Source of the DNA: Promethearchaeota archaeon Loki_b32
Lineage (GTDB): Archaea > Asgardarchaeota > Lokiarchaeia > Sigyniarchaeales > SOKP01
Length of the DNA: 45,540 nt
Reading direction: 5' to 3'
NCBI GenBank assembly: GCA_005223125.1
Contig: NJBH01000032.1
Coordinates: 1-45,540, forward strand
Under the pieces are notes generated by a model. The model had not been told where the DNA came from and did no database searches. It worked only from the letters and a program-made list of their open reading frames with translations. Below are positions 37,939-45,540 of this stretch, in pieces. The position numbers and the translations under genes are program-made. Numbering within the stretch: position 1 is the stretch's first letter; each line of letters opens with the position of its first letter.

Positions 37939-39139
37939 AAAATATCAAAAGCAGCAACCTGACAAGTAATTCTGGATTCTTCATAAGAAATTTAAAGAAA
38001 AAAGAAATAACAAAAGGAAGCTTTAGTAATTGAAATAATAAAGCTTTTGGAAAATCCATATCACCATATAGTGAAAAGTGATTTTCAATTTTTGTGGTTT
38101 TTATTATTTGGAACAATTTTTCGAAGTCTTTTTCAGAAAATCTTTCCAAAAATAACCTAATTAAATAATGAGTTTTCAATTCTCTTCCAATAATAGATCT
38201 ACATGGAATTTCATAATATTTTTTGATTGTTTTCTTTGAGAAATTCTTTTGTTTAAAACATGTTTTAATACAGTTTGCAGCATATTTTGCTGCTATCAAT
38301 AGCATTATAATTCCACCTCCGGTAGTTGCTTTAACTTGACACGCAGAATCCCCTAGTAATAAAATATTTTCAAAAGCAAGCTTATTCATCAAACCAAAGG
38401 GTATAAGTCCTCCTTGTTGATCAATTTTCTGTTTCATGTTAAGGTTAATTCTATTTAAAAAAACACGAAAGTTATTTACGATATTTTTTGAACTTGCTAT
38501 GCCAATACGATAAATTCTTTTTCCTTCTGGAACAATCCACCCAAATAATTCTTTCCATCGTTTATCAAAAAACATTGCCGCTTCGTTTTCATCAAATTGC
38601 CCTTTAATCCGAATTTGAGTAGCATATAAATTCTTATTTTTTATTCCTAATGATTTTGCTACTGATGATAAAGGTCCATCGCACCCAACCAACATTTTAG
38701 CTTTTAGTTTTCTTTTTGAAGTTTCAATTAATACAAGTTTTTGATGATTATCCCTCACATATTTAAAGCTTTTAAATCTTTCTCCAAAAATATATGTGAT
38801 ATTTTCATTTAGTTTAATTTTATTAAAAAATAAACGATCCAGACCAATCCTATCAATTATATATGGTTCTTCCTTTCCAGATAATTTAATATATACTCCT
38901 GATGGCCCAACAATCTTAGCTGTTTTTACACGATTTAATATAATTTCCTTGGGTAAATCAATTAACCTACTTAATTTTTGAGAAACAATACCAGCACATT
39001 GAAAAGGTAGACCTACTTGTTCATGTTCTTCTATAACTATAATTTTCAAATTAGTGTTAGATAATAAATAACATAAATAGTTCCCAGAAATACTTCCTCC
39101 AACGATACAAACATCAAAACTAGCTAAATTTCCATCCAT
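37916..39139 (-). CDS. Geranylgeranyl reductase family flavoprotein
   Basis: DVCIVGG, QCAG, VGCDG, FGWIVP, LLGDSACQVKATTGGGI. Confidence 0.88.
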   Translation of the reverse strand: MDGNLASFDVCIVGGSISGNYLCYLLSNTNLKIIVIEEHEQVGLPFQCAGIVSQKLSRLIDLPKEIILNRVKTAKIVGPSGVYIKLSGKEEPYIIDRIGLDRLFFNKIKLNENITYIFGERFKSFKYVRDNHQKLVLIETSKRKLKAKMLVGCDGPLSSVAKSLGIKNKNLYATQIRIKGQFDENEAAMFFDKRWKELFGWIVPEGKRIYRIGIASSKNIVNNFRVFLNRINLNMKQKIDQQGGLIPFGLMNKLAFENILLLGDSACQVKATTGGGIIMLLIAAKYAANCIKTCFKQKNFSKKTIKKYYEIPCRSIIGRELKTHYLIRLFLERFSEKDFEKLFQIIKTTKIENHFSLYGDMDFPKALLFQLLKLPFVISFFFKFLMKNPELLVRLLLLIFFKVEVES

Positions 39140-39197
39140 TATAAAATCTTATGATAATAATCAATTAGAAGTTTATGGAAGGAATGTCAAAAATTTC

Positions 39198-40220
39198 TTA
39201 TTTTATATATTTCATTTCTTCTTTAGGAATTGAGCGAAGTCCCAAAGATATCATCATTCCATATACAATAGCTAATGTTACACTCTTGAAAACAGGATTA
39301 CGGTCAACAGATAAATCAGTTCTTGGAAATAAAATTGGAAAAACCTTCTTAACAATATATTTTGTTTCTGGCTTCTCATCATGATATTTAATAATTAAAG
39401 ATTTAAATAACTCCATAAAAGATTCATGTTCTAAAAGAATTTCTCGAACATTTTTTTTTCCATTTATCACTCCAAAATGGCCAAAACCAGCCATTAAAGG
39501 ATTTAATTGTTTTAGATTTACCAGAGTTCTCATATACTCTTCATGGTTGTAATAGATTGGCATAGATGTTGGCATTGTTAACAATTTTGAGTCGTGATAT
39601 ATTGTACCATTAGCTTCTCCTAGAAAAATAAAATCTATTAAATTATCTTTAATTAAAACAGGAGTTTGGTGATCTGGGGTGTGTCCGGGGGTTTTTAATA
39701 TAGCTAATTTTACCTCTGATCCTTTGGCAGTAAACGTCTCAATCACATCTAATCGATTAGGGTTGGAACTAAAACATGTGCTTGGTTCAATTATTTTAAA
39801 AGCTTGTTCTTCAATAAGCTTCATTTCACCGACCAGATTGCCATATGTACTTCGTCCTCGATTTAAATGATTTTCATAATCATTTAAAAGCGTCTTAGTC
39901 AATTTGTTTGTGAGAATTTTAACGTTTGGATTATGCTGTTTTATTTCCTCATATAATTTCCACATTCCACCATTATGATCAAAATGATGGTGAGATGTTA
40001 TAAGATATTTGAATGTTGATAAAGGAATTTGATTTTTTTTGATATTTCTTAATAATTTTTTAATTTCTAATGATGACCCACAATCAAACAAGATTGAGCA
40101 ATCATCAAATTCCCCAAGGAAAGCAGAAAGCATTCTTGCCTTGCCGTATGCCTTTAAATCAATATGGTGGATATAATCGTTGATCTTTCCTGATTTAAGA
40201 GTTATAACATCTTTAACCAT
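39198..40220 (-). CDS. Metallo-beta-lactamase-fold hydrolase
   Basis: FDCG, SHHHFDHNGG, TPGHTPDH, FGHFG. Confidence 0.88.
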   Translation of the reverse strand: MVKDVITLKSGKINDYIHHIDLKAYGKARMLSAFLGEFDDCSILFDCGSSLEIKKLLRNIKKNQIPLSTFKYLITSHHHFDHNGGMWKLYEEIKQHNPNVKILTNKLTKTLLNDYENHLNRGRSTYGNLVGEMKLIEEQAFKIIEPSTCFSSNPNRLDVIETFTAKGSEVKLAILKTPGHTPDHQTPVLIKDNLIDFIFLGEANGTIYHDSKLLTMPTSMPIYYNHEEYMRTLVNLKQLNPLMAGFGHFGVINGKKNVREILLEHESFMELFKSLIIKYHDEKPETKYIVKKVFPILFPRTDLSVDRNPVFKSVTLAIVYGMMISLGLRSIPKEEMKYIK

Positions 40221-40319
40221 ATAAAAAGAAATTAAAAATACAATAAGAAGTATTTTATTACAAAAAATCTGTAGTTTCAGATTATTCTCTTTAAAAATTT
40301 GACAAAAAAAAGGATTCTC

Positions 40320-42503
40320 TTAAAGGTTTAATTTTTGTTTCCATATTTTCATGGATAATTTTAATTCCTCTCTTTCTGCGCGGCTTAAAATTTCAGGATT
40401 CCCTTTAAGTTCAGAACTAGTATTATGGATATTTTTTAATATGCTATTATATCCCTCCATTTTCACATATTCATTTTGAAATTTCTCTAATGCTAATGAA
40501 ATCTCCGTTCCTGTCATATTTTCCAAATTATTGACAATCCCATCAAATTGGCTTGAAATTACTGGTTTAGCGGTTTCAACAGCTTCTTTTTCTTCTGAAA
40601 CTTCTTCTTCAGGTGGAATTGTTATTACCGGCTCATGAACAAAAGGTTCTTCTCTTAAAGGTTTTTCTAGTACAGATTTTTTTATCATTCGCATTATCTC
40701 TTTCCTTGCAGACACCCAAGCATCCTCCAGCACGGGCACGAAGATTTTGATATGTTCTTCAATTATACTCCCAATCCCTGCAATTTCTGTCACATCTTCT
40801 CCCCTAAATTCGGTTTTAGACAGTACACATAGGATTACTTCTTCATAATCTTTATTAATCCCCCAAAGATTTTGTAAAGCTCTATTTCTATAATCTACGT
40901 TATCCATTTTATCCATTTCTCTCATAATTGCTTCATGTTCAGGTATGGTTGGATCAATATACGTAGCAATTCTGAAATTTATACGGGAAGGTCGGGCTTT
41001 TATCGCCTCAATCTCAATATCTGATAGATTAGGAGCAACGATTAAAACTCTCATTTTAGCCTTCGAAATCTCTTCATTAATATGAGCTCTAGCTGCTTCT
41101 GGAGAGCGAATAAACCAGATATCTTTCATAGTAATGCCTCGTTTACCCTTAGCTTGGTTCCAAAATTCTCTAGTAGTAATTTCGCTCACTTCTAACCTTC
41201 TTAGAATATCTGAAAGTGTGTTATCTAAAGTATCAACAATTCCTTTCGAAAAAATATCTTTAATATTACCAAATGATTGAAAAATCCCTCCAGAAAGGCC
41301 ATCAATTCTTTCTTCTGCTAATTTTACCGCTTTATTAAAATTTTCTGAGATTCCTGAAAAAATCTTGTCTTTATCATCTCCTGATTTTGAAGCAAGTGTT
41401 TCGATGCTTTTTACAGCATCTTGAAGTGAATCTTTTAATTTTGAAACGATTTCAGTATTTATACCTTGTGTTGCTTTTTTCAATTCATCTGCAAATACAG
41501 TTTGACTCACACTTAGTTGTACATTTAAATTGTCAGTAATGTCTTTTAGACGGCTAGCAATGACCTTATCAATTACATCACCAACAGCTTGTTGAATTAC
41601 TCCTAAACGTAATTTCTGTAAATTTTCTGTAATTGTCTTTTTGATGTCACCAAATTGAGATCTTAAATCTTCTACTTGATTTTTAATTATTTGAGATGTT
41701 TTAACGTTAAGATTTTCAAATTGTTTTGTTAGGCTACCAATTTGATCATCGGAAAGAGTTTTAGAAAGATCTCCTATATTTGAGATATCTTCTGTTATTG
41801 TTCTAATCTGATCAATTGCTGAAAGTGTCTCATCAAATTCTTGTTTTTGAGCATGGATTTGAGAAAGCATTTTTTCCTTCAAATCTCCCATCACTTCGCT
41901 TGAATCTTTTAGCTTTTCCATATCTTGTGCCTCTGTTTCAAGCTGAGAGAAAGATTTTTCTAGTTGTTTAGGAATTCTTGATTTTATATCAGAGATATAT
42001 GTATAGAAAGTCTTCAATTGAGCAATTAGGGCAGCATAAGGAGGTAACGCTTGATAGTGAGGTGTTGCGCCTACAATTTCTTTAAATAAGCCTTTTTCAA
42101 CAAATTTATCTGCAATTTCTTTACATTTTTCTTTTGGTTTGTCAATTAAAATTGACATTTCACCAATAGATACTGCTTCGCGTCCTGTAGTTCTAAAATA
42201 TAGGTCTATTTCCTCATCTGATAAGTCTATTTCACTCAATACCTGTTTTGTTAATTCTTTCGAATAAGAAACATCTTTTTCTTTTTCAATAACGTCCTTA
42301 ATTTCAAAATTCTCAACTTCTAGATACTGGTTAATGAAAACAATTAATTTATGAGCAGGTTCACCATGAATATCTTCTTTTTTCATTGGAAACTTTTTAA
42401 TTTCTTTATATTCATCAGCAGAAATCGGAAATTTAACCTCTTTTAAGCACATCTTACACGTTATTGGAACCTCAACTATATCTTTATCTTTAAATAGATA
42501 CAT
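40320..42503 (-). CDS. Multidomain TrmB-like protein: Zn-binding domain, wHTH, long coiled coil, PLD-like effector domain, helical C-terminal domain
   Basis: CKMC...HGEPAH; LSDEEIDLY...SIGEMS...KFVEKGLF...YQALPP; ~280-aa heptad-rich region; IWFIRS......I...I..AKMRVLIVAP. Confidence 0.65.
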   Translation of the reverse strand: MYLFKDKDIVEVPITCKMCLKEVKFPISADEYKEIKKFPMKKEDIHGEPAHKLIVFINQYLEVENFEIKDVIEKEKDVSYSKELTKQVLSEIDLSDEEIDLYFRTTGREAVSIGEMSILIDKPKEKCKEIADKFVEKGLFKEIVGATPHYQALPPYAALIAQLKTFYTYISDIKSRIPKQLEKSFSQLETEAQDMEKLKDSSEVMGDLKEKMLSQIHAQKQEFDETLSAIDQIRTITEDISNIGDLSKTLSDDQIGSLTKQFENLNVKTSQIIKNQVEDLRSQFGDIKKTITENLQKLRLGVIQQAVGDVIDKVIASRLKDITDNLNVQLSVSQTVFADELKKATQGINTEIVSKLKDSLQDAVKSIETLASKSGDDKDKIFSGISENFNKAVKLAEERIDGLSGGIFQSFGNIKDIFSKGIVDTLDNTLSDILRRLEVSEITTREFWNQAKGKRGITMKDIWFIRSPEAARAHINEEISKAKMRVLIVAPNLSDIEIEAIKARPSRINFRIATYIDPTIPEHEAIMREMDKMDNVDYRNRALQNLWGINKDYEEVILCVLSKTEFRGEDVTEIAGIGSIIEEHIKIFVPVLEDAWVSARKEIMRMIKKSVLEKPLREEPFVHEPVITIPPEEEVSEEKEAVETAKPVISSQFDGIVNNLENMTGTEISLALEKFQNEYVKMEGYNSILKNIHNTSSELKGNPEILSRAEREELKLSMKIWKQKLNL

Positions 42504-42537
42504 ATCTAATAATCATCTCTTTTCTATATTTTAAATC

Positions 42538-43791
42538 CTAAAATTTTACTTTTTCGGGATATGTTATTTCTAATAAACTAAGTGCTTTTTTTGCAATTTC
42601 ATGAGTGATTGCTGCATCAGAGTCTTGATTTTTATAAGCGGCTCTAATTTTCGGAAGTAAAAATTCTGGAAAAACTATCAATGGTTTTATGTCGGTTAAT
42701 AGACATATCCATTTTCGATCATTTTCATCGGTAACTTCCGTAATAATATTTAAATTCTTTAAATCTTCTAATAGAATTTCAGTTACAGCGAATTCTGAAA
42801 ATATTTTCGGAATTTTATCCATTGGATAATGATTATGCCTCATTAATACAAAAAAATCGTAAACATCTGGATTCAGAAGAATTGATGCCAATTTTCTTGT
42901 TTCTTCAATTGCTTGTGTATATGGATCATAATTCGCAAAAAAATCAATAACGTTTTGTCTATAAAGAGGTAGCAACTCATTATTTGTTTCTTTAAAGTGG
43001 TTTAATAAATTTTCATTAGGGAAGCGAGCCAACATTATATCTTTAACAAGAAATAAATATTCTCCTTGATGTGTAATTTCCCCTGTTTTTTTATCTTTCT
43101 CACCTTTTATCCAATCACGGCGAATTAAATTTAATTCTAAAAATGGTTGAAGTAGGATGTCTACATTTATAGTTGCAGTCATTTTTTCTAATATATTCTT
43201 CATTTCCTTTTTTGAAATGGGATATTCTCGTAAAATTTCCAAGATTTTCAAGCGTTCTTCACTATTATAGATTAATGCTACTTTCTGAAGTTTATCTAAA
43301 TTGGATAATCTGTCAATTTGAAAAATAGTGAATTTAATTTCATTTTTTAGTCTTATATTTATATTTTCAATTAATGAAAGTTGTTTTGAATTTCTGGCTC
43401 TTGTTAATTTATCAATAATAGTATCTAATCTACTTCCCATATGTCTTATTAGATCCTCAAATATCTCAATTTCATCATCTAATTCAAATATTGAAATTGC
43501 CAAGTATTGCGTTCCGTCAGCAACTTGTTTAAAATAAGATATCACTTGATAAGGTGTTTCTTTTAATCTTCCTTCGTAAAAATTGCTATAACTATATTTA
43601 ACTCCAGAAAGTCCAGTAGTATGCTGATAAAAAATAGCAAAAATGTCGTTTTCAGCAATCAATCCTGAAAATTCATCTTCATCAAATTTTTCCTCACGAA
43701 ATATTAATTGAATTGGTTCAAATTCCGGTTCTATCTCGCCCGACTCTTTTTGATTAATTTTAAACTGAAATGTCAAAATACTTTGGATCAA
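42538..43791 (-). CDS. Hypothetical protein, probable longin-like N-domain plus two winged-helix domains
   Basis: N-terminal beta/alpha pattern (YQVISYF, YLAISIFELDD, long helix). wHTH-like segments RLKILEILREYPISKKEM...LQPFLELNLIRRDW and VYDFFVLMR...LEDLKNLNIITEV. Confidence 0.6.
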   Translation of the reverse strand: MIQSILTFQFKINQKESGEIEPEFEPIQLIFREEKFDEDEFSGLIAENDIFAIFYQHTTGLSGVKYSYSNFYEGRLKETPYQVISYFKQVADGTQYLAISIFELDDEIEIFEDLIRHMGSRLDTIIDKLTRARNSKQLSLIENINIRLKNEIKFTIFQIDRLSNLDKLQKVALIYNSEERLKILEILREYPISKKEMKNILEKMTATINVDILLQPFLELNLIRRDWIKGEKDKKTGEITHQGEYLFLVKDIMLARFPNENLLNHFKETNNELLPLYRQNVIDFFANYDPYTQAIEETRKLASILLNPDVYDFFVLMRHNHYPMDKIPKIFSEFAVTEILLEDLKNLNIITEVTDENDRKWICLLTDIKPLIVFPEFLLPKIRAAYKNQDSDAAITHEIAKKALSLLEITYPEKVKF

Positions 43792-43937
43792 CTATATCAC
43801 TGATATATAAGTTTTTTAAATTAAAATAATATAATTATTTCTTAAGTATTATTTATTATTATTATTTAATTAAATTTTATTCAAATTAAAATAAATTAGA
43901 AATTTAGAAATTCCAAATAATTGGTGAAATGTGTTAA

Positions 43938-45540
43938 ATGAAAGCTAAGAACAGTCTTAAAATAATTATTTCTTTTATGTTTGTTATCCTAATTATATCT
44001 TCATTAAGTTTGTTTATAGGAAAAAGTACTTTAAACAAAATTTATATAGACACAAAAGCGTTTGAAGGACTTAAAACATCTCGAACTACATCCCATAACA
44101 ATATTTCATGGGTAGTTAATCCAACTTTTGAAGATCCAGTAGATCCATGGTTTTCATCTATTGACGGAGATATTTCTGATGCTATTACATCAACAAGCCC
44201 AAATCAAGCAAATTTTGCTATTATTGGAAATTCAGGAAAATACAATTTTACTGAAATCCCCGATGAGACATGGCAAGTTAGTTCTAATCCTGAATGGGGT
44301 CCTTTGCCTGATTTAGCATATTATAATAATAATTATAGTACTGATAATTATGGGGCTTTTCTTACTTATACATGGGATGAAAATGGTGCAGGAGGTCAAC
44401 TTGGGCAATTACCTAGTGTACAGTGGAAAAAAATAATTCCCAACGTCCCAGTTGACATGTCAGATTATATTATCACCTCTGCATCGCTTAAAGTAATATT
44501 TAATGCAACAGTTCAAGCCACTGACCATACCAATGGGGGTATAGATTGCCCTGGTGATACCGTTGGTCAATTTTTTAATGGTGATTTTGTAAGATTTTAT
44601 GTTAAGCTTTCCGATCCAAACAATATTACCAGATTTTCCCAAGCATATAATCAATCTCGTTATTTAGGTCAAGATGCTCGAGCTGATGGGTTTGGAAAAG
44701 ATCATTTTCCAAATAGCATATTATCTCCTTCAGAAAGTCGCTTAATTGGAGATTTGGAAAGTTTATTCAAATTGAATCACACCAGTCTTACAATTCTTAT
44801 AGGAATTAATATTTTCTGTGAAGATAATAATGCTGCTTTTGATCATGATTATTGGGAGAAATTAAGAATTAAATATGTTAACCTAACATTCACATATGAG
44901 AAAAAAATTGATGAACATACTTCATTATCATGGAATCAAGAGTTAAATGCAATTAATGGCTCAAATGTTCAAATTACTGATGCTATTCTTAGATTTAAGT
45001 TTAAAATCGATCAAAATTGGACCGAATCCTCCCAAAATTCCCATATCCGAATTTTCATTGATGATAGAAAATATCAGCAAACTATAAGTCTAATCGACTA
45101 TGTGTTTTCATCTTCTTTTCAAGAAGCAAACACAGATGGTTATGATATCAGTTCGAAAATATTACCATATGAAAACTTCACTTTAACAATTCAAGTTTAT
45201 ATAGCTGATGAGTTTGGATTAGCTGAGGATATTACTATTTCTATAACAGATGTCAATTTATACATTTCTTATACAGAAACATTTCCCGATCCGCCTAGTA
45301 TTATTTCTGAACCTTGGTTTTTTTCAGCATTATTAGCCATAGTAAGTGTAGCAACCGTGTGTTTAGGTGGTTATTTCATCGCGTATCAGAGGGTTCTAAA
45401 ATATCCTAGACCTGTTAGAAAAGTGAGAAAATTCAAGAGAACTCTTAATAAAAGTTCTGCACCAGATGTACCAATAATGCCTAGGGAGATAGCTTTTAAA
45501 AAATCTTATAATAAAGAATTAAGTGGTACATCTAAATCTC
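43938..45540 (+). CDS. Cell-surface glycoprotein-like single-pass membrane protein (3'-truncated; absent from ORF track)
   Basis: GGTGA upstream of ATG 43938, frame open for 534 codons to the window end. Signal peptide MKAKNSLKIIISFMFVILIISSLSLF, many NxS/T sequons, TM PWFFSALLAIVSVATVCLGGYFIA, basic tail YQRVLKYPRPVRKVRKFKR. Confidence 0.88.
   Translation, partial: MKAKNSLKIIISFMFVILIISSLSLFIGKSTLNKIYIDTKAFEGLKTSRTTSHNNISWVVNPTFEDPVDPWFSSIDGDISDAITSTSPNQANFAIIGNSGKYNFTEIPDETWQVSSNPEWGPLPDLAYYNNNYSTDNYGAFLTYTWDENGAGGQLGQLPSVQWKKIIPNVPVDMSDYIITSASLKVIFNATVQATDHTNGGIDCPGDTVGQFFNGDFVRFYVKLSDPNNITRFSQAYNQSRYLGQDARADGFGKDHFPNSILSPSESRLIGDLESLFKLNHTSLTILIGINIFCEDNNAAFDHDYWEKLRIKYVNLTFTYEKKIDEHTSLSWNQELNAINGSNVQITDAILRFKFKIDQNWTESSQNSHIRIFIDDRKYQQTISLIDYVFSSSFQEANTDGYDISSKILPYENFTLTIQVYIADEFGLAEDITISITDVNLYISYTETFPDPPSIISEPWFFSALLAIVSVATVCLGGYFIAYQRVLKYPRPVRKVRKFKRTLNKSSAPDVPIMPREIAFKKSYNKELSGTSKS

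Noticed and set aside
182-44654. Short ORFs overlapping or antisense to called genes (e.g. 182-418, 545-799, 3264-3632, 10209-10550, 15889-16299, 19630-19989, 25345-25716, 29820-30137, 33914-34225, 44460-44654)
   Set aside because: They are shadows of well-supported genes and show no recognisable motifs.
1-45540. Genome-wide reassignment of UGA to Trp, Gly or Cys
   Set aside because: The other long ORFs, including Cys-rich Fe-S proteins, contain no in-frame TGA and use TGG for Trp. TGA is confined to two known selenoprotein families.
1-45540. CRISPR array, rRNA, tRNA (including tRNA-Sec) or transposase
   Set aside because: No regularly spaced repeats, no GC-rich structured intergenic blocks of suitable size, and no transposase motifs seen.

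Overview
AT-rich archaeal chromosomal segment, most consistent with an Asgard archaeon of the Lokiarchaeia type. This is inferred from a Loki-type profilin, three tandem Rab-like GTPases, longin/uDENN-like proteins, a geranylgeranyl reductase and a eukaryote-type SECIS. The ORF track hides the most striking feature, a selenoprotein operon. hdrA (16843-18819) is one 658-aa frame with three in-frame TGA codons. An uncalled mvhD/vhuD (18836-19294) has two more. All five TGAs sit at positions that are Cys in homologues. A single eukaryote-type AUGA/GA SECIS hairpin follows (19301-19373), then an FdhB/FrhB-family gene with no fdhA or hydrogenase nearby. The same-strand redox cluster also encodes an aldehyde:ferredoxin oxidoreductase with its ferredoxin, and an HdrD-like protein with a whole GltD/NfnB-type module inserted into its first CCG domain. 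Other notable items are a C-terminally extended profilin, a uDENN-degenerate GTPase fusion, a longin plus tandem winged-helix protein paired with a large TrmB/coiled-coil protein, and a class I GAPDH. The window also has an MntA-HepT pair, RapA-like and HerA-like ATPases, a reductive-dehalogenase-like gene, an uncalled cell-surface protein running off the right end, and a foreign-looking left end. I saw no rRNA, tRNA, CRISPR array or transposase. All family calls come from motif recognition by eye; no database searches were run.
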